64,000 nt of DNA from Chrysomallon squamiferum (GCA_012295275.1 CM022665.1:5828001-5892000); one strand, 5' to 3'; positions 27,573 through 41,152 are shown, counted from the first letter of the stretch. Numbers and translations are program-made. The notes: a model not told the origin generated them from the sequence alone.

Positions 27573-27835
27573 CAGTAGAGGGGGGGGGCGAAGGGGCGGT
27601 GGCCCCGGGCATCCAAATGGGGGAGGGCATCCAATCAGAGAAAAGAACTTAATAAATTTTGTCGATTTATATTTAAATCGAATAAAGTGTTTATTTTATG
27701 TTTCATCTGTGATTACATATTCAAAATATCTTCCTTTCTCATAATATTTCTCAGTACTAGGCCTTATACTTGAGTTTTGGTGTATACAATCAAAGGAGAT
27801 GGCCCCGGGCATCACCAGACCTCTGCACGACACTG
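27573..27835. mobile_element. hAT-like MITE remnant
   Basis: GC-rich ends around an AT-rich middle; TGGCCCCGGGCATC near both ends; right end CCTCTGCACGACACTG; AGCCAGT on both flanks (27562, 27836). The left end is degraded. Confidence 0.5.
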
Positions 27836-29059
27836 AGCCAGTAACAGTACCTGATGCAACTGCGCTAGAGAGAGATGTTTTTTTGTTGTTTATTTTATGC
27901 TTTAATATTATAATGTGCTATATTTGAAAAATTCTTTATTCATTCTGCATTAAAACTACTAATATTATTGCTATTACTAGGCGTACTCTATTACTACTAC
28001 TACTAATTCCACTACCATTTTTACCACTACTACCACATAAATCTCAAACAAATTTCATTTATTTTAAAATGCATTTTAAAAAACAAACATCTTTGCATAA
28101 AACCTTTTTGTACTGAATATTATTTTATCGCCTAACAGCATGGGCTATTTATATAAACCTTCTCATAAACAGCGAACCGGTTGTATGGTGCTGGGAAGTA
28201 ATCATAACAGTAGTTGTAATCGAAATAGTAGTAGCAGTAGTACTAGTAACAGTAATAGCAATAGCAGTAGTAGTCGTACAGGCAATATAGGAATCAATCC
28301 AGCGGAGAATTGATCACGTAAACTACCACGCTTCAGACCTGTACAATACCAAAAACAGTCAGCTTCCAAGTACAGAAAGAAGAGTTGCATATTAATGTTG
28401 TTTTAGTTCTAAGTCAATTTCACTTCTATAAGGTCTCCAATTGCTTCCTGAAACGTGAAAAAGGAGAGATGGTTCATTCGATTAGTTACATTCACAAGGA
28501 CAGTTTTCCGACAGTCTCAACTCGGTACAAAGTGATTTAATGGCAATATCCTGTAAATGAAGTTGACACGAACGTTCGGTTGTTGATATATATTTTTTTT
28601 TTTTTTTTTTTATTATTACCACAAGATAAGTTTACCCACTTCAGCCGAAATACAGACATAAATAAGTGAACGTGATTTCAATATTTGCATAACAAACAAA
28701 TTCAAGTGTATTTACGAACACAGAGAAGAAAGTAATAAGGAGATCGGAAGCGCTCGGCAAAATGTTTCAAGTCGTGTTGATTTACAATTCCGCCAACGAC
28801 GCGTGCGCACCTAACTGCCTGATGTCACACAATCAATGTTTATTAGCATTTAAAGTATTGGTTTCAAACATGTTTTTTATAAAACTTTTCAAGACCCTTT
28901 CAGTTGTAAGGATACAGATAAAATAGCTTTTTCAACATAGAAGAAAAAAGGTTATTTTTATTTTTTTTTTTTTTTTTTTAATTATTGTTGAAAGTTATTC
29001 ATTTTATGAATAATTAAACGACACTGTGCCGTATGGTATTAATTTTTGAATTTTTTTTT

Positions 29060-29107
<48 letters not shown>

Positions 29108-29324
29108 TTATTATTATTATTTAGCTTCTTGTATTTTAATTGTTACACAGGTATCATTAATTAACATGTTCAGATATTTACTTTATTTTAAATAATCAAG
29201 GTAATTTATCTTAAAAGTTCGTTCCATTAATTAATGCATCTTGTTTTAAGATGCTTTCAAAATCCCTGTTACAATATTAAGGGTTAAGGGTTATATAAAA
29301 ATGTAATAAAATAATGAACGTTTC

Positions 29325-29650
29325 AACAGATGTCAGCAGCATGATTTAACTATAATATAGTGATATCACCAGCATTCTTTAACTGAATGTCAGTAATATT
29401 ATTTTAGATCTTTAAATGTCACCAACATTATGTATGTAAGATCTAAAAATGAAACAATTATTATTTATGGTCTACAAATGTCATCATCGTTATTTATTTA
29501 GAGTCTACAAATAGTATCATATTATTTATGAAGGATGTAGAAATGTCACCAGTAAATATTTATATAGGATCTACAAAATTTAATGTTACTTTAACAGTTA
29601 GTAGCATAGATACCAAAAATCTGTAACAAGGAATCTACAAATGTCACTAT
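29325..29650. repeat. Highly decayed ~33-bp minisatellite
   Basis: Recurrent core GATCTACAAATGTCACCA.CATTATTTAT with many substitutions. Confidence 0.55.
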
Positions 29651-30117
29651 TTTTTATTATTCCGATTGGAAACAATTTGAATCTTGGTGATGGTATTGTT
29701 AGTAGCAATAGTGATAGTAAAAGTAATAGTAATAGTAGCAGGAGCAGTAATGATAGTAGGTATTCGTACCAGAAATAGTAATTATGGTAGCAGTAATAGT
29801 ATAGTGATAGTACTTCCATTCAAGTAGTGTAGGTAGTAGTAGTAGCATACGTGGCAATGGTAATAGATATAGTAGTAGTATGTAGTATGAGTGGTAGCTG
29901 CAGTAGTGGTAGAAGTAGTAGTAGTAGTAAAAACAGTAGAAATAGTGGTAGCAGTAATTGTATTAATATTGTACTGGTAGTAGTAGTTGCAGCAGTAGTA
30001 GCAGTAATAGTAGTTGTAGTAACATTGATTCTAGAAGTGGTAGCTGTAGCAGTTGCAAAGTGTAATAGCTGTGGTAATAGTGAGCATTAGTATTAGTAGT
30101 AGTTTCTGTTGTCGTTA

Positions 30118-30152
<35 letters not shown>

Positions 30153-30342
30153 ATGGTGGTGTTGTGTAATAGCAGTCTCAATAGTTAAAAAATACAAAAT
30201 CAAGAAACTAACCTTTATTACTTATTATTTAGTTATTATAGTCTGAGTAACTCTGACTGACTGGTTATTTATTTTATATATATATATATATATAAATTGT
30301 TGTTTTCGTTGTGGTTTTGTTTTTATCATTATCATCATCATG

Positions 30343-30390
<48 letters not shown>

Positions 30391-30507
30391 TTTATTATTG
30401 ATACTATTAATATTTCTGAATTTGTTGTTTGTATGACTATTGTGTTCTTGATAATGGTAAAGTAAAATGTGAACATTTGTGTAGATCATTAAATGTTTGG
30501 GGTTTTG

Positions 30508-30548
<41 letters not shown>

Positions 30549-30763
30549 CATTTTATATATTCTAATTCATTTCTACAGGAACGTACATATAAAATGTTTC
30601 TTCCTGTCAATGGTTTCCCTTTCAAAAATACGCAGAATTTCAACAATTAATTTTTGTCATCCGAAACCCACTGATTAAAAATTAATCAGTGTGTTTTAGT
30701 AATGAAACACCTATATAAAAATAATAATACTTAAAATAAAATATTGTAATAGTAGTAGTAGTA

Positions 30764-30842
<79 letters not shown>

Positions 30843-30932
30843 AGAATAAAACCGCCTTTAAAACTCATATTAGAAATAATATCATTCTGAATTTTTAATT
30901 TTTAATATTTATTATTATCATCATTATTATTA

Positions 30933-31012
<80 letters not shown>

Positions 31013-31211
31013 TTATTTACTTTTTATTTTTTTATCCTGCTTAATGTGATGAAATTGCGATTTGCTTTTAGAAAATTAATACTCTCAAAAAAAAAAAAAA
31101 AAAAAGAATAGGAAATAAGCCTGTTTTAATTTGGCTTTATGGAAATACATTACCACTGGTTTAGACGGCAGGAAGTAATCAAAACATTGGACTCATATTA
31201 CGTTTTCGGAG

Positions 31212-31242
<31 letters not shown>

Positions 31243-31290
31243 TTGTTTTATTTTTGTTTGTTTGTTTTACTGATTCGTCTATTTATTTAT

Positions 31291-31338
<48 letters not shown>

Positions 31339-31558
31339 ATGTTTTGTTTTATGCAGAAAAAAGAATGTGTACTGTTGATACACTCTCTTTCATAATACTA
31401 ACAAACGGAAAATAAACCAATTAAAAACACTTTTGAAAATTACATTTTACTTGATGTTCTTCCATACGTTTTCGAGAATCTTCAAGTGATTAATATTCAT
31501 AATTATCCAAGTACTATCATTACTACATTAACAACTAATTAGTATAGTAAAGACATAC

Positions 31559-32150
31559 CTATCTCCAGCCACCCGTGATAAATGGATGTTGTAACTGTCA
31601 CACGCATTAAGCCACCCAGAAAGTTACTTTATCTCCTGCTCACAAATATATATATATATACATATATATATATTCACTTTCCATCCTTAACATGTATGCT
31701 CACATCGGTGAAAACCGAAGGTTTCTTTTTTCCCTCCACTTTTAGAAAGGAACACCTCTCTGCCTTGAAACTCACAACTTTAAAGCCATTATCCGTCACA
31801 AAAGTCATAGGAAATTCTCTTGTAGGCTTAAAATTCTCCTGACGGCGTTTCCTCCACAGAGGCACAAGCAAACATAATCAAACTGTATTGGCGGTTAATG
31901 AAAGAAATACCGCTAAGCGAACTTAACGCCTACTCCTAGCGTTGCGCGACGTACACGCGAAAACCGCGGTCGAAGGAATCCCTCCGTTAGACGGGATCGA
32001 CAAAGCGATTGATCAAAGCTGAGCATGGTGAGGAAATGATTGTGTGTGGCTATTAAACAGGGCCATATGTGATCTCGTGTTGTTCATTCACCACTTCATT
32101 CACAGAGTACAGTCGTAGCTTACGTCCATCCTGCACACACTTGCGTCCGC
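31559..32150 (-). promoter_or_regulatory. Candidate promoter and non-coding first exon of the receptor gene
   Basis: Locally CpG-rich stretch (gttgcgcgacgtacacgcgaaaaccgcggtcg) in AT-rich surroundings, with a strong minus-strand donor AG|GTATGT at 31559|31558. The link to the gene is inference. Confidence 0.35.
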
Positions 32151-32151
32151 T

Positions 32152-32580
32152 TGTATTTATTTATTTATTTGTTTATTTTTTATTTTTTATTTTTTATTTT
32201 TTTTTTTTTTTTTTTTTTCTATTTTATTTTTTTTATTTTTATTTTATTTGTTTCATTTCATTTTATTTTATTTCAAATTTATTTATTTTATTTTTTTTTT
32301 TTTTTTTTTGGTATTAATGAATTTTATTTATTTATTGATTCATTTATTTTATTTCATTTCATTTTATTTTATTTCATTATACTTCTTTTTTTTTTTAAAT
32401 TTATTTATTGTTTTGTATGGTATTTATTTTATTTTATTTTATTATTTATTGTTTTATATGGTATTTATTTTATTTTATTTTATTTTATTTTATTTTTTAT
32501 TTTTTATTTATTTATTTATTTATTTATTCATTTTATTTTATTTTATTTATTTAAACCGTTCTTTTTTCTTTTTCTTTATT
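32152..32580. repeat. T-rich low-complexity tract (TTTA/TTTTA)n
   Basis: Seen directly. Confidence 0.9.
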
Positions 32581-32979
32581 ACGATCTCTTTATTCAGCTT
32601 TACATCACCATATGGGATTCGTAATTCATGAACTTCGCTGTGGGACCATTTTCACTGAATGAACAGCGACAGCTCCGTCTTAACGACAGATATTTTGGTT
32701 GTCAGCACATATATTTCTCTTATCCATTAATCTGAATATTGAACTCATTTATTATTGGGTTATATTTCTCACTCATACAGTTACACAGGGCCAACTTTAA
32801 TGTGTAAATTTTTTTTTTCAATAAATTATTCATTTTTATTTATTTAATTTCAGGAAATATTGTCAGGAGAAAAAAATCGGCTATCAACCGCTGCTATTAT
32901 CACAACGTTTAAGCGCTAATGGAATCCTCCTCAGAGATTGTAACAGATATATCTGTCTATACATCTGATAAAAGCATAG

Positions 32980-35690
32980 AAATCGTATTCTACTGACTGA
33001 AGCAGTAAAGCCGAGATATTTTACATATATTTCTGTGCTGACTGCGACAGTAAATTTGTGGTATCCTACGTACATCTGAACTGACTGTGATAATAAAGTA
33101 GTCGTATTCTACATACATCTGTACTGACTGTGATAATAAATTAGTCGTATTCTTCATATCTCTGTACTGACTGTGATAATAAAGTAGTCGTATTCTTCAT
33201 ATCTCTGTACTGACTGTGATAATAAAGTAGTCGTATTCTACGTACATCTGTACTGATTGTGATAGTAAAGTCCTGGTACTCTACGTATCTCTGTACTGAC
33301 TGTGATAGTAAAGTAGTCGTATTCTACGTACATCTGTACTGACTGTGATAATAAAGTAGTCGTATTCTACGTATCTCTGTACTGACTGTGATAATAAATT
33401 AGTCGTATTCTACGTACATCTGTACTGACTGTGATAATAAATTAGTCGTATTCTACGTATCTCTGTACTGACTGTGATAATAAAGTAGTCGTATTCTACG
33501 TACATCTGTACTGACTGTGATAATAAAGTAGTCGTATTCTTCGTATCTCTGTACTGACTGTGATAATAAAGTAGTCGTATTCTACGTATCTCTGTACTGA
33601 CTGTGATAATAAAGTAGTCGTATTCTACGTACATCTGTACTGACTGTGATAATAAATTAGTCGTATTCTACGTATCTCTGTACTGACTGTGATAATAAAG
33701 TAGTCGTATTCTACGTACATCTGTACTGACTGTGATAATAAATTAGTCGTATTCTACGTACATCTGTACTGACTGTGATAATAAAGTAGTCGTATTCTAC
33801 GTACATCTGTACTGACTGTGATAATAAATTAGTCGTATTCTTCATATCTCTGTACTGACTGTGATAATAAAGTAGTCGTATTCTACGTACATCTGTACTG
33901 ATTGTGATAGTAAAGTCCTGGTACTCTACGTATCTCTGTACTGACTGTGATAATAAATCAGTCGTATTCTACGTACATCTGTACTGACTGTGATAATAAA
34001 GTAGTCGTATTCTTCATATCTCTGTACTGACTGTGATAATAAATTAGTCGTATTCTACGTATCTCTGTACTGACTGTGATAATAAATTAGTCGTATTCTA
34101 CGTACATCTGTACTGACTGTGATAATAAAGTAGTCGTATTCTTCATATCTCTGTACTGACTGTGATAATAAATTAGTCGTATCCTACGTACATCTGTACT
34201 GACTGTGATAATAAAGTAGTCGTATTCTTCATATCTCTGTACTGACTGTGATAATAAATTAGTCGTATTCTTCATATCTCTGTACTGACTGTGATAATAA
34301 ATTAGTCGTATCCTACGTACATCTGTACTGACTGTGATAATAAAGTAGTCGTATTCTTCATATCTCTGTACTGACTGTGATAATAAATTAGTCGTATTCT
34401 TCATATCTCTGTACTGACTGTGATAATAAATTAGTCGTATTCTTCATATCTCTGTACTGACTGTGATAATAAATTAGTCGTATTCTTCATATCTCTGTAC
34501 TGACTGTGATAATAAATTAGTCGTATTCTTCATATCTCTGTACTGACTGTGATAATAAATTAGTCGTATTTACGTACATCTGACTGTGATAATAAAGTTG
34601 TCGTATTCTGTACTGACTGTGATAATAAATTAGTCGTATTCTACGTACATCTGTACTGATTGTGATAGTAAAGTCCTGGTACTCTACGTATCTCTGTACT
34701 GACTGTGATAATAAAGTTGTCGTATTCTACGTAATCTGTACTGACTGTGATAGTAAAATTGTGGTATTCCACTACATCTGTTTTGTCTATGATAGTAAAG
34801 TTGTCGTATTCTACGTACATCTGTACTGATTGTGATAGTAAAGTCCTGGTACTCTACGTATCTCTGTACTGACTGTGATAGTAAAGTAGTCGTATTCTAC
34901 GTAATCTGTACTGACTGTGATAGTAAAATTGTGGTATTCCACTACATCTGTTTTGTCTGTGATAGTAAAGTTGTCGTATTCTACGTACATCTGTACTGAT
35001 TGTGATAGTAAAGTCCTGGTACTCTACGTATCTCTGTACTGACTGTGATAGTAAAGTAGTCGTATTCTACGTACATCTGTACTGACTGTGATAGTAAAGT
35101 TGTCGTATTCTACGTATCTCTGTACTGACTGTGATAATAAAGTTGTCGTATTCTACGTACATCTATACTGACTGTGATAGTAAAGTTGTCGTATTCTACG
35201 TATATATGTACTGACTGTGATAGTAAAATCGTGATATTCTACGTATATACGTACTGACTGTGATAGTAAAATCGTGGTATTCTACGTATATACGTACTGA
35301 CTGTGATAGTAAAATCGTGGTATTCTGCGTACATCTGTACTGACTGTGATAGTAAAATCGTGATATTCTACGTATATACGTACTGACTGTGATAGTAAAA
35401 TCGTGATATTCTACGTATTTACGTACTGACTGTGATAGTAAAATCGTGTTATTCTACGTATACATCTGTACTGACTGTGATAGTAAAATCGTGATATTCT
35501 ACGTATATACGTACTGACTGTGATAGTAAAATCGTGATATTCTACGTACATCTGTACTGACTGTGATAGTAAAATCGTGTTATTCTACGTATATATGTAC
35601 TGACTGTGATAGTAAAGCTCTGCTATTCTACGTAATAGTAAAGCTGTGGTATTCTATGGACATCTGTAAAGTTGAGGTATTCAGCATGTA
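32980..35690. repeat. 43-bp tandem satellite, about 60 copies, consensus CTGTACTGACTGTGATAATAAAGTAGTCGTATTCTACGTACAT
   Basis: Period 43 read directly (33121 to 33164). Homogeneous core about 33076-35625 with degenerate copies at both edges. Confidence 0.97.
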
Positions 35691-36132
35691 TCTATATTAT
35701 GTGGGATTATTAAGCAGAGGTAATTATCCAAAAAAATTCTTATTATTGTGTTTATACAGAGATATGTTTTAAGGTTACAGAGATACCACAAACGTCATAC
35801 GAATTTAAAATAGATTTAAATGCAGCTTTCAATTTTTGATGCACTAAAAGTACAGATATTTCTTACTGGAAGCCACCTTTCAAGAAACGAGTTCGTTTCC
35901 GGACCTCAGCCTTATAAAATGTCTCCTAGAAAATTGTTGTTAATGTTTAAGGTTATTACTGGCATGTCTTGAACAAACGATACCTTTCTGTTTGCAGTTT
36001 GCAACTCTAATAGTCTTTAATGACGTTAGAAAGTTACAAATATAACGTCACTAATTCTCGGTGGATTAAAATAAATACAATTTCTTTCTTTCTTTTTTTC
36101 TTTTTTTTTCCTTTTTTCTTTTCTTTTATTTC

Positions 36133-36205
<73 letters not shown>

Positions 36206-38211
36206 TTAATTTATTTATTTATTTATTTATTTATTTATTATTATTCTTTTTTTTTTTTTTTTTTTAATTGTTACTTGAGACATAGAGAACTAGTTCAATA
36301 AGCTAAGTAAGTGAATATCTAGGAATAATGAAGAATAAATATTCACTTAAAACATTTTTAATTTTATTCAGTTTTTTCTTTGCTTTGCAACTGAATTAGA
36401 TTTTTTTATGTATGTATGTATGTATGTATAAGAGTATGTGTAAATGTATGTATGTTTCTGTCAGTCAGTCTATATCTGTCTATCTCTCTATCTATGTGTC
36501 TGTCTATTTATCTGTCTCCCTCATATTTTCTTTCTCTCTTTGTCTACCTCTGATATCTCTCTATTTATTGATGTACCTGTATATCTGTCTATCTCTTTAT
36601 CTTTCTATCTCCATTTCTAAATTATTTCATTGTCTTAATCGATATTTGTAGTTATTTGATCTATTTTTTATATAATGGCCAAGGCATTGAAACACTGAAA
36701 TGTTTACTTATTTATAATGTTTAGTAAAAATTTAATTCATATAAGCCATCTGTGTAAAATTTATAAAGAAAAGTCTTTTTAACAGAAAATCGTACAGCAT
36801 GAATTTACCTTTAGCAAGCACAATTGCGGTTCGGTTTTGGGGCGTTACCAAAATAATGATAGTAGATTTATACCAAGCCGATGACATGTAAATAAATTCT
36901 GCTTCGTGTTTTATATATCCAGTTATGAATTATTCGCAGATACTATTTTCAGATTCTCTATTATAGCTGCTGTCAAACAGATGTTAATATAAAATGAGAG
37001 GTTACTGTTTATAAGAATTTCATTAAAATAGCTCTAGATTTAAAACAAGAAACCCCTTTCTAAACACGTTTGTTGTGTTTGTATTAGCTTGAGGAGTGAA
37101 TGATTCAGTTTGTTCTCAGTTTCGGTACAGATGGACAAAATCAAATTAAAAAAATTAAGAACGAAATAAAATGCTCGAGAACGCTCCCAGGAAATATCAG
37201 GTAGTATGACGTCACAACCGGATACAGTTTGTAAGGCTGCATAACAATACTAATAAAATAAGAAAAAAAAAAGAAGTAAAACCCAAAGAAAATGAAAACT
37301 ATTTGTCTGACAAAACTTATCTGAATTAATATTCAGTAAGACCAAATAAATTTAGCAGTTATAAACTCGATACTAATAATATGTTTTCAGAAGCCATTTT
37401 TCACTGGGCATTCCTGCTGTGACCATATTGCTCCTCGTGACTATAAGCTAATTAGATGTTTTTTTTATAACATGGAGGGGGGAAATGGTTTGGTGCAGTG
37501 TTCATAAACTCCTTCACCTTTTTACTATTTCATTTAATTAAATGTAGCAATATATCAGATCACATGAAACAATAATATACATTTAATGAGCTCTTCGATT
37601 TGTCTTCTGTATTCCAAAATCAAATAAGTGAAAAGATCGCAACAAGTTTCTGTAAAGAACTTTCACTTTACTCGTTCTGCTATTTAACAATCATCTAACT
37701 CACTATCATCCATTTAGAACATTAAAATGAGAAGAAAAGAACTCAGTGAAAGTCCAATTTACAGTAAATAAATATTATATTGCGCCATTTAGCATTGTTT
37801 GGATGTTTTGTTTAGCGGTTATCGACGTATTACTTAAATCGAGTTAATATACGAGTACTGTGGTCAAGAAAAGAGTTTTATTGCAGCACACTGCATGAAC
37901 TGAGATAGGAAAATCAGGTAATAAACGATAATGACTGAACAGAGTTTGAGTGTGGAGACTGTGAATGTTCTCACTCAAAGTACTTTGATTGTTTTACAGT
38001 ATTCTAATACGAGAACCACTGAAGTTTAAAATAGGATATTGTTCTGCGCGGTCGGCAAAAACGGTTGTAAAAGACGGTTACCGGATATATTAATAATAAT
38101 AATGGTATTCGGACTGAAAAATAATAGATTTAGCTAATCAATGCTGAATCTGAAGGATTAATAATGCATTTTATTTATTAAAATAATAATTGAAAAAAAT
38201 AAAATAGAAAG

Positions 38212-38255
<44 letters not shown>

Positions 38256-38961
38256 GCTATTGTTATGTAGGATTTTTTCTTTCTTTCTTTCCTTTTTTAC
38301 CATTTTTATTTATTTATTTTTTATTTTATTTTATTTTATTTTATTTTATTTCTCTCAAATTTTGTGGTGATGACGGTATTTCTGTTTGTATTATGTTTTT
38401 ATTGTTGATACTTATGATGGTGGCATGATGTGGCTGTCGTTACAGTAGAAACTTCTGTTGTACCGATAATGTTTGTGTTGCGGGAGTTACTGATATTACT
38501 GACACGACTTTTGTTAATTAAAATAATAATAAACTGTCATAGTAAAAAAAAAAAAATTAAATAAACCACTCCCATAGTCATGTTTAGGTTAATGTGGAAA
38601 TATAAATATAAATTAAACCAGTTAATTAAACTGATATTTCTCAGAATAATGAAATAAAGACAATATTCTGAATTGTAAAAATAACAAATTAAAGTGATAT
38701 CGCAGTCAGCATCAGATTGCTAATACTGCACTAATTTATAATTATTTTCAATTCTCAAATACACTGAACTAAAACATAATGAACTACTGTAGCATTACGA
38801 CCAAAGCAACTGAAATAAAAATACTGACACAAGACAACAAAAATGAAGAGAAAACCAATTAGGCAAAGTGATATTACAACTAATACAGAAATAACCAAAA
38901 AATTATGACATAATGAGTCATAGACTTTCCTGACAATATTCCACAAATATTGAACAAATAT

Positions 38962-39150
38962 AATATAATGATGATGTAGACCAATAAGGAGCGTAATCTA
39001 CCGGCTATTATTGACAATGTAATTAATTATAATAAAATGATGATACAGACCAATAAACAACGTGACGCTGCAGCCGGTATTGGCAATGTAGTGAATTATA
39101 ATAATAACGATGATGTAGACCAATTAAAGAAACCGACGTTCCAGCCAATA
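38962..39150. repeat. Diverged ~70-bp tandem repeat, about 2.7 copies
   Basis: GATGAT..AGACCAAT recurs at about 38970, 39040 and 39110. Confidence 0.75.
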
Positions 39151-39387
39151 TCGAAATACTGGGTCCACCTAGGACCGGACAGACATCCTGACCTCATAAT
39201 TATCCGCTTGGCTAAATACTTGATAAGAACCGAGTTCCTGCAAGTCAAAACAAGAGATCTAGCAGTAGGAAAAGTAAAAATAACCGCCACTTTCACTTGT
39301 GTTAATTAACTTTGATGATTTAAAACTAGTAAATAATAAATAAAAAAAAACTATTTCGGTTTTCTTGCTGTTTGTCTTCCTCTTCTG

Positions 39388-39463
<76 letters not shown>

Positions 39464-39740
39464 ACACACGCACACATGCACACTTTCGCTCTCTCTTTCT
39501 CTCGTTTTCTCGCCTTCTCATCTACGCCACTCAATAAAACAGAAAAAAACATATTAACACAAAGCAAGCGTGGGTTCAGAAACCACGCAAGGGCCTTTAA
39601 ACAGAGATGCGCGAAATTGCAGAGGTGTTTTATATTAAAAAAAAAAACTTCTTAATTTTTAACAGAAATTTCGCCCGTCGATTTTTAACCATCATTTCCG
39701 GAAACCGCGGATGTACAAGACCATTTGAGAATATTTGCTG

Positions 39741-39970
39741 AAATTTTATTTTACTTCTAATCTGAGATCTGTAAGTGGTTAGAATACGTTATTTTTATTT
39801 TATCTTTTTTTATTTTTTTTATTTAAGTGCCAAATTGCACAGAAAAGCTTCTTAGACACTGTAAAAATATTTGAGACATATCGCGAAATGTAGTTCTTGT
39901 TACTGTACCTGTTGTAATACAGTCAGAAAATACGACACGACAGGCATGATTGAACCATCTTTTAACAAAA
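39741..39970 (+). repeat. Copy 1 of a diverged local direct duplication
   Basis: Shares CTGAGATCTGTAAGTGGTT, TTTAAGTGCCA and GTAGTTCTTGTTA.TGTACCTGTTGTAATACA.TCAGAAAATA with 41153-41410. Confidence 0.85.
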
Positions 39971-40103
39971 TATTCACATGACAGTCTGTCGTCATTTGAC
40001 TGTTCTTTCTGCACTACCGAAAGACATTTTTTTTTTTTTTTGTACAAAATATATTTTACAAATTTATTGTTAATAACTGATTTCTCAGTTCGTCTCAATA
40101 ACA

Positions 40104-40253
40104 GACCAGTGTATTGTGTTTTAATACAGCTAATATTCTGACCAGTGTATTGTGTTTTAATACAGCTAATATTCTGACCAGTGTATTGTGTTTTAATACA
40201 GCTAATATTCTGACCAGTGTATTGTGTTTTACTACAGCTAATATTCTGACCAG
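40104..40253. repeat. 36-bp minisatellite, 4 near-identical copies
   Basis: GACCAGTGTATTGTGTTTTAATACAGCTAATATTCT at 40104, 40140, 40176 and 40212. Confidence 0.95.
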
Positions 40254-41152
40254 CGATTTCACATAGCAGCTGTTATGTAAAACACTTGTAAATGTTTACG
40301 ACCATTCAACTCTGTCCCGCACCACGTTTGGCTGCAGGTCGTGGATTTATTCAATAATAACGCGTGCGTTAGTCATTTCCCCTCGACTACTCATGGACAG
40401 AAAAATGATCTTGCCATCGGCTTGTTTACTGTAATACAGTTTGTAGGCAGGCCTATACCTCAACACAAGCCAGCTACACAAAACGCACACAAAAAGTCAA
40501 AAGTACACTGTTTTATACGATTACACGAAATAATAGCTCCGGGTATTTGTATCGCGATAGAAGATAAAAATCTGTGTAACATGTTCGGCTTCACTATTTC
40601 TTTTGACAGGCACAAGTAACTGAAAACAACTGTTTGCAGTATGATCTAAAATCATATTGATCATAGTCAAAAAAAAAAAAAAAAAAAATAAAAAATATCT
40701 ATAATAAATATTAGGCAAGTTAATATGTATTAAAAGCAATACAGTTATCATTTCATAACAAGCAATCTTTAAGTCGTAAATCTTTTGAGGAAAACATTTG
40801 TAGCAGAAGTCATAGATAATTTATAGGAAATGATATTTTTTAATTACATTATTACTAATATTAAGGATACTCCTTGACTTGGATAGAACTCTCTGGTGAC
40901 TTCAAATATATTCTTAAACATTTCTTATAATTACCCACATGCGTATTCGTCCTTAGTTGTTTATGTTCAACGCTTTAACACAAAGACAGATATAAAGTTC
41001 ATGGATTAATGAATGATATATATATTATATATATTATGATCTTTTTTATAAAATAATCTACATCTTTTAAATTTTCTTTTATGTATTGATTATTCATGTA
41101 ATTCAACTGAAAACGGGGGCAAAAAAACAAAACATGCAGTATATCTATACCT

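Noticed and set aside
33410-34404. Repetitive ORFs 33410-33634 and 34087-34404
   Set aside because: They are translations of the satellite cycling through frames, because 43 is not a multiple of 3.
33076-35625. Cluster of miR-2-like miRNA genes on the minus strand (UAUCACAGUCAGUACAGAUGUAC)
   Set aside because: No complementary star arm is present in the monomer, so no pre-miRNA hairpin is apparent.
32980-35690. CRISPR array interpretation of the 43-bp repeat
   Set aside because: Units are head-to-tail with no unique spacers, there are no cas genes, and the context is eukaryotic.
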